From Octopus sinensis (Eukaryota): a stretch of 64,000 nt of DNA. The notes beneath the pieces are model-generated. The model ran no database searches. It was not told the origin of the DNA and saw only the letters and a program-made list of their open reading frames with translations. Shown one piece after another: positions 24,777-38,763 of the stretch. The stretch is from NCBI RefSeq assembly GCF_006345805.1, contig NC_042998.1, forward strand, positions 53,506,001-53,570,000, in the 5' to 3' direction. The position numbers were made by a program, and so were the translations under genes. Within the stretch, counting starts at the first letter, position 1. Each line of letters begins with the position of its first letter.

Positions 24777-25156
24777 ATGCCAGCACCGCCTCGACTGGCT
24801 CCGTGCCGGTGGCACATAAAATACACCAATCTGACCGTGGCCGTTGCCAGCCCCGCCTGGCACCTGTGCAGGTGCACGTAAAAAGCACCCACTACACTCA
24901 CGGAGTGGTTGGCGTTATGAAGGGCATCCAGCCGTAGAAATACTGCCAGATTAGACTGGAGCCTGGTGCAGCCTTCTGGGTTCCCAGAACCCCGGTCGAA
25001 CGTCCAACCATGCTAGCATGGAGAACGGACGTTAAACGACGATGATGATGATGATATAGATATATATATATATATATCTATATATATATATATACATTTA
25101 TACATACATATATATATATATATATACACATATATACATATATATATATGCGTAGG

Positions 25157-25206
<50 letters not shown>

Positions 25207-25219
25207 CAGGCAGACAGTC

Positions 25220-25254
<35 letters not shown>

Positions 25255-26549
25255 GATATAGATATGATGGGTTTCTTTCAGTTTTCATCTGCCAAATCAA
25301 CTCCTAATGTCAGCTTGGGGATATTGAAGAAGACACATTTCCAAGGTACCATGCTGTAGTACCTCATATCACACAGTCATGCCACCACTTATGGCCATGT
25401 GATATGTACAACTGCTAGATAAGTCTATGTAAGTTGGAAGTTTGATTATCACATGTGCCATGTATTCTCACATATAACACATATACACTTTGTAATGCAT
25501 ACATTTTAGACTTTATACATGTATACACTTTCTCATCTCAGAAAGATAATTTTGTTCATAGCTTGTTCACAGTTACTATATATATATATACACACACACA
25601 CTGCCATTTCTTCACATAATGTCATCATATATAAAAAAAAATCACATATAAAAACAATTCTTATTCTATCTTTTATAGACAATGCATTAAACCCCCATTG
25701 ATAATAAATTTTATGTTGTGAATTTTCAGACATTTTTGCCTTTAATCATACGTCTGTAAATACTAACTTTGCCAAGTGGTTCTTCATTTCTTTATACCAG
25801 TAAAGAATTTTAGCTGCTTAATGGTGCTGTTCTTTTTCATTGAACATGTTCTCTGTAGATCCATTGTGACCATGATATTTCTTCATTCAGCATGATTTAA
25901 TAATTCTGATACTCAAATTTCTTCTTTCTTTCTTTCGTTCTTTCTTTTTTTTTTCTTGTCTTATCTCTCTTTACCATTCTTGTTCTTTATCATCCTTTTA
26001 ACAATTTTAACAATTATGTTAATCTGGTAAACCTGACTCTTTGAATACACAGCAACTTTGTAATAGAACTTGATAATATTTAGAACATAAGTATTGTCAG
26101 ATGCCTGTAAAATGACTTATAGTTGAAGAGCACTATCTGTGTCTCCTGTAGAAATTCCTGTGCTACAGTCCGTCATTTTGATCATTTTGTCCTATTCTCT
26201 AGTTTAATCAAATTTACATCCATTTTACGACAAATAAGAATGCTACCCACAGTGCAATCTGAGCTGGTTCACTTCCACAAGTCATCATTCAAGAATTTCA
26301 GGCTCTTACTGCTATACCACAAGGCTCTGTGAATTATGACAACATGGAACATGTAAAAGCTTCACCAAGTTCTTATCTTAGAGGAAATGGGAGACAAAAA
26401 GTCACCCAACTGTTATGTTGAATAAGGTGTCCTCTTTGGTAACAGTTCTTTAGAGAAGAACATGCTTCAAATAGCTTTTTCTGAATATTTTCCTGTTCAC
26501 ACCAGATCTATATTTGCATCTATTAAGAATAGAAGTACTATTATTGATC

Positions 26550-27090
26550 AGCTGACATTACTGGCTGAATTTATTGTGAAAGTGTCTTGTATCTTCCGTT
26601 GCAAATATTGGACCTGAAAGCAGCTTTTTGTCTTTCAGATATCTCAGCTCTTTATGCACAGGTCATACAACCATTACAGATACAAGTATTTACCATGAAA
26701 TTACAGATGATAGACAAAGCTTGTTGAATGGCTACATCTTACAACAGATCTAGAAAATTCTTCAGGTGGACATTCTAACAGATCTAGTACGTCTCAGTCT
26801 GCCAGATAGAAATATTAGTTCTACTGCAGATTTGGCCTGCATGCTTGCTGCTCAACCAAGCCTTGCTCCTTTCAGTGAGGTTCCTTCTCTCAACCAGAGA
26901 TTAATGGCAACCAAGATGCCTATTTTATGTCTGCAACAAATCAACAAATACACATTTCATAGTTGATGCTGTTGTGATGTTATCGTTTATTTTATTTATT
27001 CTCTATTGTAATGAGGGACCAACACAAGTCATTCTTCAAACTGCAAGTACATTACTGGTTGCCACATATTGATATGGTGTAAATTTTCTC
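26550..27090 (-). mobile_element. Possible very old RTE-like relic
   Basis: Scattered similarity to RTE C-terminal motifs (TERSKA..AACRPNL); heavily decayed. Confidence 0.3.
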
Positions 27091-27103
27091 ATGCATATCT
27101 ACA

Positions 27104-27239
27104 GGCGCAAGAGTGGCTGTGTGGTAAGTAGCTTGCTTACCAACCACATGGTTCCAGGTTCAGTGTCTTCTACTGTAGCCTCAGGCTGACCAAAGCCTTG
27201 TGAGTGGATTTGGTAGACGGAAACTGAAAGAAGCTCGTC

Positions 27240-27318
<79 letters not shown>

Positions 27319-27559
27319 ATGTGTGTGTGTGTGTGTTTGTGTTTGTGTGTCTGTGTTTGTCCCTCCAACATCGCTTGACAACCGATGCTGGTGTGTTTAT
27401 GTTCCTGTACCTTAGCAGTTTGGCAGAAGAGGCCAATAGAATAAGTACTAGGCTTACAAAGAATAAGTCCTGGGTTGATTTGCTCGACTAAAGGTGGTGC
27501 TTCAGCATGGCCACAGTCAAATGATTGAAACGAATAAAAAAGTAAGAGAGTAAAGAGAG
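27104..27559 (+). mobile_element. SINE family B, near full length with a small head deletion
   Basis: Aligns to the 19449 copy. Confidence 0.9.
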
Positions 27560-27869
27560 ATCCACACAGCTAATGTAAAGGCAGAATTCTTCTTTTGTTC
27601 CTGAATTACCTGAACCCATAACATTTATAGGGATACCTATCTGTATCCCTATATGTTACACCAAGTTTTCAGTCACATTTTACCTCATTCCCCACTTCTA
27701 AATCTAGCAATTACTGAGCTTTTATTACCTTTGTCATGACTTGATTACCTAATCACTGCATGACACCACCATATTTCTGTACACTTTCAGAACATCTGAT
27801 ACTACAAGTCAGCTAATTGATTGGAATTTTAACTAATTCTAAGCTGAAAAGATTTGGCAGAAAATCTGC

Positions 27870-28330
27870 TTTACTTTTGACCCATCCATGGGCATGTATA
27901 CATTGAAACTTCGACGTCTGGCAGCTGACTTGGAAGACACCCATAAAATTATTAACCATCTTACAAACAATAACTCTGAGCACCTTTTCAAACTCCACGT
28001 GTCTAACACCCATGGACATATTTACAAAGTCAGAAAACAGCACAGCTCCCATGACTTTCGGAAACATTTTTTCACGCTAAGAGTTGCTTAAGTATGGAAC
28101 AAACTGCCGGCATCTTGTTAGTTGTCAGAGCACTACATCCTTCAAAACTTCCATGCTTCCTGAGATTCGCCAACACTACACCTGATTTTCTCCCCTCCAT
28201 ACACATGCAAGCATGTATCTGACTCATACACTGTTCACTTTCCAGACATTTGTTCATTACTGCATATGCTTTATATGCACTTTTGACAAGTTGTGGTGCA
28301 CCCGAGCACGGTATACAATAACTTCATTAT
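27870..28330 (+). mobile_element. CR1-like LINE 3' fragment
   Basis: TLKLRRLAADL..THKII..LF..THGHIYKV..RKHFFTLRV..WNKLP is the canonical CR1 ORF2 C-terminus. Confidence 0.85.
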
Positions 28331-28983
28331 ATATAAGTCAAGAAAATATTTGGCAATTAATCTTTTCCTAGGTAAATACATTTCTCCATAACCTTCACAT
28401 AACCAAGTTCATTTGCAGATCTGCACTAGTTGTACACATAAAGACTACTGATTATAAAATCCTACAGAAAATACTTATTAGTGTATGATGAAAATGTGTC
28501 AACCTTGCCTTAAGGTGTATAATTTCCTTTGACCAAGTATTATCCTTTAATTGGGAATAGTAATGTACTTTCTTCTATTATTAACCTCTTATTGATTAGA
28601 TTGAACCTTGATAAGGTAACAATTACATTATTTATCATGTTCATAAAATATCTTATAATTGTAGTTTTATGCATTGTTGTCTCTGACTGATAGGCTGTGC
28701 ACCGGTAGACATTTCTAATGAGACACATTACAGCCTCATAGCCCAACTAAAAAAATGGATTTGTTTTAGCATGAGAATTCAATAGAATTTTAGCCAATTT
28801 GCATTAATAAAAGCAAAAAACAAAGAAACAAATAAATGAAAAAATCTTCTGCTCTATAGCTATTTACCCACTACCTTAACATCTGAAACATAATCATCAA
28901 GAAAGAACAAATTACCTTTTATGTCACATGGCCTGCAAGTTTTTATTTTTCAGTTTTTTTAACTTAAGTTCAGAATCTACATT

Positions 28984-29404
28984 TACTCTCTTTTACTCTC
29001 TCTCTTTTACTTGTTTCAGTCATTTGACTGTGGCCATGCTGGAGCACAGCCTTTAGTCGAGCAAATCGGCCCCAGGACTTATTCTTTGTAAGCCCAGTAC
29101 TTATTCTTTCGGTCTCTTTTGCCGAACCGCTAAGTGACAGGGACATAAACACACCAGCATCGGTTGTCAAGCAATGCTAGGGGGACAAACACACACACAC
29201 ACACATACACATATATATATATATATATATATACATATATACGACAGGCTTCTTTCAGTTTCCGTCTACCAAATCCACTCACAAGGCATTGGTCGGCCCG
29301 GGGCTATAGCAGAAGACACTTGCCCAAGATGCCACACAGTGGGACTGAACCCGGAACCATGTGGTTGGTTAGCAAGCTACTTACCACACAGCCACTCCTG
29401 CGCC
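28984..29404 (-). mobile_element. SINE family B, full length
   Basis: Reverse complement of the family B consensus. Confidence 0.9.
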
Positions 29405-30606
29405 TTGTTCCACTTTGTGCATTTATTTGCAGAATCTTTCAATTTGTCACTTCTCAAAAGATGTTGCAGTGTACATAGCAGATTTCTTGAAAAAATATGC
29501 TACCTTTTTCTAACGATAGGTTTTCTAACTCTATGCTAGAAATATAAAAACCTTTCCAAACTTCACTTTTTCATTTTGTTTTTCCTTCTTGTTATGTATG
29601 TGTTGTCACCAAATGCAAAGTATTTTCCAATCACTCCAACTAATTAAGTATTGCGTAATTATATTGTCTTTGTTTCAGTCCTTAGATTGCGGCCAAGCTG
29701 GGGCACCACCTTGAAAAATTTTTTTAAAGCCTGGTACTTATTCTATCGATCACTACTTTTATCAAGCCGCTAAGTTACAGGGACATAAATGTACCAACAA
29801 CGGTTGTCAAGCAGTGGTGGGGAACAAACATTGACACAAAGGCACAAGTATTGCTTAATTATATTGATGAATTAATACATATTCTTGCTATCTCATGGCT
29901 TCCATATTTTGGAATCATGTTAGAGAATGTCTAATTCCAAGATTAACCTCTTGGAGTGTTCCAACTTCTTTTCACTTCCAAAATTTACAATGTAATGGTA
30001 ACTTCCTTATCATTATAAATCTCTATTCTACTGGAAATCTGTCTGTTCATGTGTTCAGGTCTATATTGTTCACCTCCGTGCACTACAACAACAGTAAGTT
30101 TAAGAACTTAAGAATATTGTCTGTTTGAACACATTGATCTCGAGATCTTCCAGCTAAATTGCCCACTTACGGATTTCAGTCATCTATCTTCTTTTTGATC
30201 AAAAGTTTCCTGTTAGATCAGATCACTCCATTGCCACCCTTCATCTCTCTGCCTCACTCTGTCTCTGTCTTTCTCTCTCATTATATAACACTCTCTCTCC
30301 TTGATACATTCCAAGAACTCAGTTATTATTTAATTCTGTCAACTCTGATAGATTTCTGTGAAAGCTAGGTATGGATAAATAGTTCACAGAAGAGTTCAGG
30401 CTGAATATGAAGACAATATAAGCAATGTTATGATTGCCATGGAAATCAGTTAGGAATATAATTTAATGGTGGATTGTACATTATGATTCTTTCTTGAACC
30501 CATTTACCATTAATTCTTGAAAGACATACTCTTACATTCAGGATTACTTGATCCTGGAATTTTTAAGCATTGATGAACTTCACTTCAAAGTGAGAAGTTT
30601 ATCAAA

Positions 30607-31021
30607 CAGGAGTGGCTGTGTGGTAAGTAGTTTGCTTACCAACCACATGGTTCTGGGTTCATTCCCACTGTGTGGAACCTTGAGCAAGTGTCTTCTATTA
30701 TAGCCTCAGGCTGACCAAAGCCTTGTGAGTGGGTTTGGTAGATGGAAACTGAAAGAAGCCTGTCGTATATATGCATATATACATAGATATGTATGTGTGT
30801 ATATATGTTTGTGTGTCTGTGTTTGTCCCCCCAACATCACTTGACTACTGATGGTGGTGTGTTTCCATCCCCGTAACTTAGTGGTTCAGCAAAAGAGACC
30901 GATAGAATAAGTACTAGGGTTCCAAAGAATAAGTTTTGGGGTCGATTTGGTCAACTAAAGGTAGTTCTCTAGCATGGCCGCAGTCAAATGACTGAAATAA
31001 GTTAAAGAGTAAAAGAGTAAA
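30607..31021 (+). mobile_element. SINE family B, full length
   Basis: Head through (GTAAAAGA)n tail. Confidence 0.9.
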
Positions 31022-31599
31022 ATTATTTATGAACTGCCACACCACCACCACCACCATGACCTTAAAAGACAAAAAATGTGAAAAAATGCAATGGAGCCAA
31101 TATATGAATGTGTAGCCTACAGTGAAAGTGTCTTGTAGCTAGGATATTAATGAGATTCAAGAAATATAAAGTGCTGTTATGTCTTCTGACAACAAAATTC
31201 ATCTTCACTTCATGAGAAGAGATTTTATGAAATATGCGTAAGTATGTTACTGAAAGAAAGGTGATGAGTATGAAAGATATGTGGCAATAGAAGAGACGTT
31301 GGGTACACAATGTCAGTTTATGAGAAAGCAGCTGTAGAAACTCTGCCAGATCAGACTGGAGTCTGGTGCAGCCATCTGGTTCGCCAGACCTCAGTCAAAT
31401 CGTCCAACCCATGCCAGCATGGAAAGCGGACGTTAAAACGATGATGATGATGATGATGTTCCCAATTGAGCTGAAAAAACCCCCAGATTTTTTGCAACAA
31501 GGTATTGGTCATTTGGTTCACATAGGTTGGATGCTTGTATGCACCTGTAATGTATACAGATATCATTACTGTGGATGAAAGATATCATTTGTCTGTTAT

Positions 31600-31995
31600 C
31601 TTTTACTCGTTTCAGTCCTTAGATTGGGCCACCACCTTGAAAAAACTTTTAGCTGAACAAATTAACCTCAGTACTTATTCATTTTTTTAAAGTCTGGTAC
31701 TTATTCTATCGATCACTTTTGTCAAGCCGCTACGTTACAGGAACATAAATGCACTAACAACAGTTGTCAGGCAGTGGTGGGGGACAAACATTGACACAAA
31801 GACACACACACCCACACACGCATATACATATTTATATGCAGCAGGTTTCTTACAGTTTCCATCTACCAATCTACTCACAGCACTTTGGTCAGCCTGAGAT
31901 TATTGTAGAAGACACTTGCCCAAGGTGCATGTAGTGGGACTGAACTTAGAACCATGTGTTTGGGAAGCAAGCTCTTTTTACCAGCAGCCACACCT
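31600..31995 (-). mobile_element. SINE family B, older subfamily
   Basis: Family motifs present; its 3' part is very similar to the fragment at 29670-29850. Confidence 0.8.
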
Positions 31996-33464
31996 AGAAA
32001 ATATTTTGATAGCAAAATGTATTGACTTGGAAGTAACCAAAAAAAGACCTAGAAAGAAGTGTCCTCTAACAATCTAATACTGCCAGGTTTAGTATAAAAA
32101 CTTAACAAAATAACCACTTTGCAATCTGTAGTGGCTCAACCAGCCAGAAATAGCAACCAAACCTCTCTCAAATTTCACCTTATTAGCATCAAAGTTAGAG
32201 GTGTATTTAAAAATTCTTTCTATTATGAGAACAAGAAATTTTATGGAAGGTGGCAGGTTGATAATATTGTCCCCAGTACTTGAATGGTACTTTAAGTGAC
32301 TCTAAAAGGATGAAAGGTAAAACTGACCTTGGCAGAATTTGAACTCAGAACATAAAGAGTTAAAAGAAATGTTGCTAAGCATTTTGTCAGACATGGTAAT
32401 GATTTTGCCAGCTTACTACCTTAGGGGTATATTTAATAATGTAGTTTTTGACACATAAAGCTTGAGTGAAAGCACGATGGCCATACTGGGATACTATCGA
32501 TTATAGGTTTTCTAAATCAGGCCTGACTTGAGCTAAGCAACAACAACTGGGAATATCATAAATTGGAAACTCATCCAACAAATGCCAGACTAAAAAAAAT
32601 GATACTAATAATGATAATATTCCATCATATGTAAAATATGAACCTGAGGGAGCAACAGGGTGAAATATATATTGAGAAATTAACTGAGAATTACTTTTGT
32701 TGCTTTTCTCAAAAGGGTTTGTTTGAGATTGACTCGTAATAGCATTTATATGTTTTGTGACAGTACTGTAGTCTCATGGGTGATCACTTCAACAAAAATG
32801 ATATTCAACTTCCTGAGCGATATTAGGAGAGATAGCTAAGCTATTTGAAAGCATGACATGTGTTAGGTCATGAAGATGATATTTTCATTGACATTGCTAT
32901 TTATCTCAGTTGCTGTCTCTTGATTCTTCTATTTCATATTTGTGATTTGTGTTTCTTTATTTGAGAAAATATTAAGAATGCAAATTAAAATCTTGAGAAT
33001 AATTCTTTCATTGCAAGTCAAGGAAAAAAAAAAAGCTAAGGGTAAAGTAATGATGTAAGAATTTAGGAAAATTAATCCATGCATATGATATGAGATATGA
33101 TAGGGATTCATGAAGATGAGATATTGTGCAAACATATCTGATCCTGTTAGCATGTTCAAACTGATTTTAAATCATCGTAGAGATAAACAGAGAATAACTA
33201 AGAGAAAGGAAATGAAATGGGATGCATATTGTGTTTGTCAGGTGAGGAGTGTGATTACAATAAAAGATGGGCAATAGAATTGGAAAAGCATTTGGGATTG
33301 GAATAAAATGAGTTGCATAATTTGGTGTCTTGTGATGTTTAGAGATGATAGCTTGAATAACATTGACAATGGATATTGGCATGTAGTTGATGATGGATGG
33401 TAACTGGAATATTGGTAAGTCAATAACACTTATTATAAAGTAGTTAAAGGAAGTCATATTTACA

Positions 33465-33697
33465 CAAACGCACATGCATACATACAAATACATGTATTTA
33501 TATATGATTATACAAACACATACACACACTGATATATATATATACATATATCTATACACATGTATATACATTTCTCTCTCTCTCTGTATGCATATGTATA
33601 TATGTAGGCATGCATGCATGTATATATGTGTACCAGTATACACGGAAATTTATACATGCATTCAAGCTGAAATATATATAACTGAACATGCATATAC

Positions 33698-33732
<35 letters not shown>

Positions 33733-33860
33733 TGTATATGTATATGTGTGTGTATGTATGTGTGTATAATTGTATACACACATGTATTATCAAATATACA
33801 TGTGATGCTAGAATGTGAAAGCTTGTGTACATGTATACACTTCCATGTTTGTATGCACAC
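33465..33860. repeat. Compound (TA)/(TG)/(TATG)n low-complexity tract
   Basis: Read directly. Confidence 0.9.
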
Positions 33861-35810
33861 AAACTTTTTCACTGTTTAAAACCAAAAACAAAGAATAAAT
33901 TTTTCCTCTTGAAAGTGATTGTTTCCTTATCTCTTGTATTTCTTGTGTTGAACTCCTTTTTCTTTTACCATTTTCCTCTTTACCAATCATGCTATTAATC
34001 TAATGCTGCCTCCAGAATAAATTTTCCCTTAAAGAGACATTTTCATACTTTCTTTACTCGTTTCTATTCTGTACTGCCGTAATATTCTCCATTGCTCTCT
34101 TTCAACACATATAAACTATTAACTCAATTTTTTTTAAAGAAAAAAAATCACTTTCTCATTCATTTGCAATTTTTCTATTATTCCTACATTGCCTTGTTAT
34201 CAGTAACAATTTTCCATAACCTTATTTTCCAGTTTTAAATTACATTTGTATCTTTCAGCTAAGATTTTCATCATATAATTTTAGATTTAAAAAAGGGGGG
34301 AAAAAAAGATAGAAAAAAATAATTTTGTTGAAAACATTTGTAACATTTTGACCTCATCATCAAAACTTTTCTTTTGTGTCCCTTCAAAAAAATGTATAGT
34401 TATCAGTTTATAGAAATTATAAACCTGTCTTTCATTCTGTATATGATTAAAATTCCCAAGGAAAGAAAAATTTCCAGCAAGAGTAAAGTTATTTGGTAGA
34501 ATTATTAATTGAAAAACATATTCTGAAAACTGGGTTTCATGCCTTGATATGTTCTTGTTCTCTAACATGTTCTCTAACATATCAAAAGAAATCTTTCAGC
34601 TTATAATTGACATATATTTCTGTGGAATTACTTATTAACAAAATGCAAAGGAAAAAGCACAAACCAAACTAAAATAAAAACGAGTTAATTAAAGTCTAAA
34701 GAATTTAAAGTTTTTGAAAACAGTGTTGTTGTCATTTAATTCTGGGTCATATCTTATTGAGCAGACATATGATCAAAGCAGTGAGGCAAGGGCAGTGAAG
34801 CAGGGGCAGTCTGCCAAGGATGACACTATCATAGGGGGAAGCACTTTTGGGTCTATTATATAAGTACATATAGGATTGGAGACCCGGAGGTGAGGTAACA
34901 TGACTAACTCATGGGCTTTGCCAGGTGATACACACTTGAGCAACGCTACTGAATTAGAGACATTGTAGCTATGACCATCCCAGCTTTACTTAATCCAATG
35001 TGTCCTTTTTTGCTTATTTGCTTATGAAGATGGTGTGGTCCAATTTGTGAGTGGTTTCTCTGTTTTTCCTAGCAGGTTATGTGACCACAGAAAAGCTGCC
35101 CTCACTTAAAATAGCACCATCTGTAATGGCAGAGTAGGGGTAGGTCTAAATGGCAGAAACAGTCAAGGGATGGACAAAAACCTTGTGGTGCTTGATTTCA
35201 TCCCTTTAGGTTTGAGTTCAAGTCTTATTCAGGCTTATTTTGCACTTCATCATCCAGAAGCTCAATAAAATAAATTACTAATAATGAAAATATAATACTG
35301 AAATTGATATAATTGACTATGCCATCAGAGGTATTACCCCAGCATGACCGCAGCCCAATTACAGAAACCAATAAAAGAACCAGTTTAACTGAATATGATA
35401 TTCATAGATTCAAGATTTAGTTTCACTTTCAGTATCTTGATAAATGTTTCATAAGCACTCCTTTAGTATGGAATCAACTGATTATCTCAAACTGCAATTG
35501 TGATATGTTGAATATTCTTTATTATTTATCTTTTATTTGTGTTGGTCATTGAACTGCAGCTATGCTGGGGCACCATCTTGAAAGGATTAGTCAAACGTAT
35601 TGACCGCAATGTTGAAACTGCCAAGTTACAGGGGTGTAAACAAACCAGTACTAGTTGTCAAACAGTGTAGAGGGCATGCACAAACACAAAGACATACATG
35701 CACACACACATATATATACATATAGCACCTTGATCAAGTGTCTTCTACTAAAACTCTGGGAGGATTAAAACCTTGTGACAGGATCTTGTAACATGGAAAC
35801 TGAAAGAATC

Positions 35811-35869
<59 letters not shown>

Positions 35870-36199
35870 ATATGTACACACAGACATACACACACACATA
35901 CATATAGTTATGTGTGTGTGTGGCACATGTAAGTATATATGTGTGTGTTTGTTGTCATTACTTGCTCTGACATCACTTGGTAGTTGTAAATGAATGTTAC
36001 TATCATACATGTGGTGTCTTTCATTTCTAATTTTCTGTGAAAATATGTCTGGTAATGGGAAATATTACCCTACTTGGAAACGAGTAATGTTTGTAAACAG
36101 GGACAGCATCCAGCCATAAAAACCATGCCAAAACAGACAGTGAAGCCTGGTGAAATCAGAAATATGTAAAACCTATTGTTTGTGGCATCAACTATATCA

Positions 36200-36670
36200 A
36201 ATTCGATGACTGGCATCCGTGCTAGTGGAGCACTAAGAGCACCATCCGAATGTGATCATTGCCAGAGCAGTTAACTAGCTTCTGTGCTGGTGGCACACAA
36301 AAAGCACCATTCGAGCGTAATTGTAACCAGCGTCGCCTTACTGGCACTTATGCCAGTAGTGTGTGAAAAAACATTCAAGTGAGGTCGTTGCCAGTGCCGC
36401 TAGACTGGCTCCTGTGCAGGTGGCACATAAAAAACACCATTTGAGCATGGCTGTTGCCAGTACCACCTGACTGGCCCTTGTGTCAGTGGCACATAAAAGC
36501 ACCCGCTACACTCTCAGGGTTGTTGGCTTTAGGAAGTGCATCCAGCTGTAGAAACTCTGCCAGATCAGATTTGAGCCTGGTGCAGCCATCTGGTTCGCCA
36601 GTCCTCAGTCAAATCGTCCAACCCATGCTAGCATGGAAAGTGGACGTTAAATGATGATAATGATGATGAT
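36200..36670 (+). mobile_element. RTE 3' UTR fragment with subrepeats and (GAT)n tail
   Basis: GTGGCACATAAAA subrepeats and terminal CATGGAAAGTGGACGTTAAA. Confidence 0.85.
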
Positions 36671-37859
36671 ATCAATACATTAAGTATTAAATTAGCAAAC
36701 TCTTTAGACTGTCGGACAAATTGCCTTGAGCTATTTCTTTCTGCTGTCTACATTTTGAATTCAAAATCCTTCTGTAATGAAGGATGTGTTCCATCCTTCT
36801 GGGGTGGGGAAACTAAAAATACCAGTCAAGTGCTCCAATACTTTTAAATGGCTAGCTTTTACCTCCAAATTTGTGGTTTAGTGTTTATGTTAGAAACAAT
36901 TAATTAATGTAAATGGCGGTGCATCAGCATGGCTGCAGCTCTGAGCTGAAACTAGAGAAAGATAACTTCAATACTAATCTTAATTGTTGGATAGAAATAG
37001 TTAATATTTTAGCTAAAGTTGTGCAGCAAAAAAGCAATTATTAATCCCTTATCAAAAAATAATTATCTCAGTCAATATCTTCAGATCATTTCCCCTTTAA
37101 TACTTTATCATATAAATTATAATTACAATTTAACTGGCTGGAGCTAAGAATTCTACAAGTGATATGATACAAAGACATCTTGATATTAAGAGCAACATAT
37201 ATTTTTTGGGAAGACAGAAAGTTCAGTGCTATAAAGACACAGGTTAGAATAATGTTATGCTTCTTGAATGTTAGCATTCATTTAAACAATTAATAAATAT
37301 TGGTTTCAAATTTTGACACAAGGCCAGCAGGTTTGGGGCAGGGGCTATATTCACTAAATTGACCCCAGTGTTCAGCTGGTATTTATTTTATTGACCTCCA
37401 AAAGGATGAAAGGCAAGTTGATCCTAATAACGCTACCATCTTGTTGATTTAAATAATTAATGAATATTAAAATCCAGGTTTAGCTACTCAGATATTAGTC
37501 AGTTCAGGGCTTATTGTAGAAGATGTTTACCCAAGGTAATGTGCAGTGAAATTGAGCCCAAATTGGAAGGTTTGGTCTCCAGCCAGGCCTTTCATGATAC
37601 CCTTAAAGCCAGGAACTTTACAAGACCCTAAGGGTGTGTGGTTAGGAAGCTTGCTTCCCAGCTACATGGTTTTGGGTTCAGTCCCACTGCATGGCATCTT
37701 GGCAAAGTGTCTTCTGCCATAACCCTGGGCTGACCAAAGCTTTGTAATTGAATTTGGTAGGTGGAAGTTACTGCCGCATGTGCACATGTGTGTGTAGGTG
37801 CTTGTGCCTCTCTAAGAGAGAGAGGGATATATATATGTATATATATATATGTATGTATG

Positions 37860-37901
<42 letters not shown>

Positions 37902-38760
37902 CAGGGTGCGATGGGTAAATTGTTGCTATTTTATATTTTTAATTTCACTCATGAACATTGTTTGTTTTTGATTGTGTTGTCTACACAGTATAGTAGGGTC
38001 AGTTGGGCACTGTCTGTGAGAAAAACAGTTCCATGACACAATTCACTCTGCCAAAAATTTGGAAACAACATGCTGTGCTGCTTGGCATTTGTGTCAGAAG
38101 CTCTAATATGAACATTTCAAAGTGTTTGGGTGTCAATTTGAGGACAATACGATTTGAGGACATGTACTGAGAGTGATAAAAATCAAACATCCAGCCAACA
38201 TCATGGTCTTTGGAGTGATCACTAGTGATGGCGACATTATGCCTCCATTCATCTTCCCACATGACCTCACATTCAACATGGAGGCTGACATCAAGTGCCC
38301 AGAGGAGGTAATGCTTGCTCTGAGTGAAGAGGGTGGCTGTAGGAAGACCCTATATCTGGCAACAGGACTCTGCACCATGCAACACAAGCAGGAGAACCCA
38401 GTCATGGCTGTCAGACAATTTCTGAGACCACATCACACCTAACATCTGGCCACCTAACTCCCCAGACTGTAACTCCCTTGATTATTATGTGTGGGTATAT
38501 CTGAGTGAAAGAACAACAAAATTCATTGTAACACCAAAGATGAACTAAGGCAAGGATTATGGCAGCATTCACCCACTTAAACAAAGAGACCATCCAGAAG
38601 AGCTGTAAGAGATTCCAAAGTCTTCTAGAGGCTGTGGTTGAAGCCAATGGCGATTTTATAGAATGAATTTACTCTTAGTATTTCAAGATATCTTTCTGTA
38701 ATTTTGGTAAATATATCTGTTAAAATGAGATGTTAGTGTTATTTCCATTTTTGCATAATT
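37902..38760 (+). mobile_element. DD37D (maT/Bmmar1-like) Tc1/mariner transposon, internally deleted relic
   Basis: Starts TA|CAGGGTG; reads HPANIMVFGVI..WQQDSAP..WPPNSPDCNSLDYYVW..AVVEANGDFIE* with 37 codons between the last two Asp; contains stops and frameshifts. Confidence 0.88.
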
Positions 38761-38763
38761 TAA

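Larger units (their letters stand above)
21367..25052 (+). mobile_element. RTE-clade LINE, 5'-truncated inside the AP endonuclease, with complete 3' end
   Basis: APE motifs (GxRNEEG, SQIDYIL, QHRLV), RT motifs (KAPGPSG, NYRGIKLL, QFGF, FVDMEKAFDRV, GVHQGSVLSP, YADD at 22969-22980, FRYLG), C-terminal RGRPRKTW..RDLW, and a 3' UTR ending GGACGTTAAAC(GAT)n. Confidence 0.97.

Noticed and set aside
23936-24901. 321-aa and 295-aa minus-strand repeat ORFs
   Set aside because: The 159-bp unit equals 53 codons, so any stop-free frame propagates through the array; they are antisense to a LINE UTR and show no domain.
27619-27658. Short hairpin TATAGGGATAC..GTATCCCTATA as a Helitron end or terminator
   Set aside because: No CTRR terminus or other supporting context; plausible by chance.
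30120-30225. CR1/L2 RT relic (LPAKLPTYGF..IKSFL), similar weak signal near 50300-50450 (-)
   Set aside because: Similarity too short to set boundaries.
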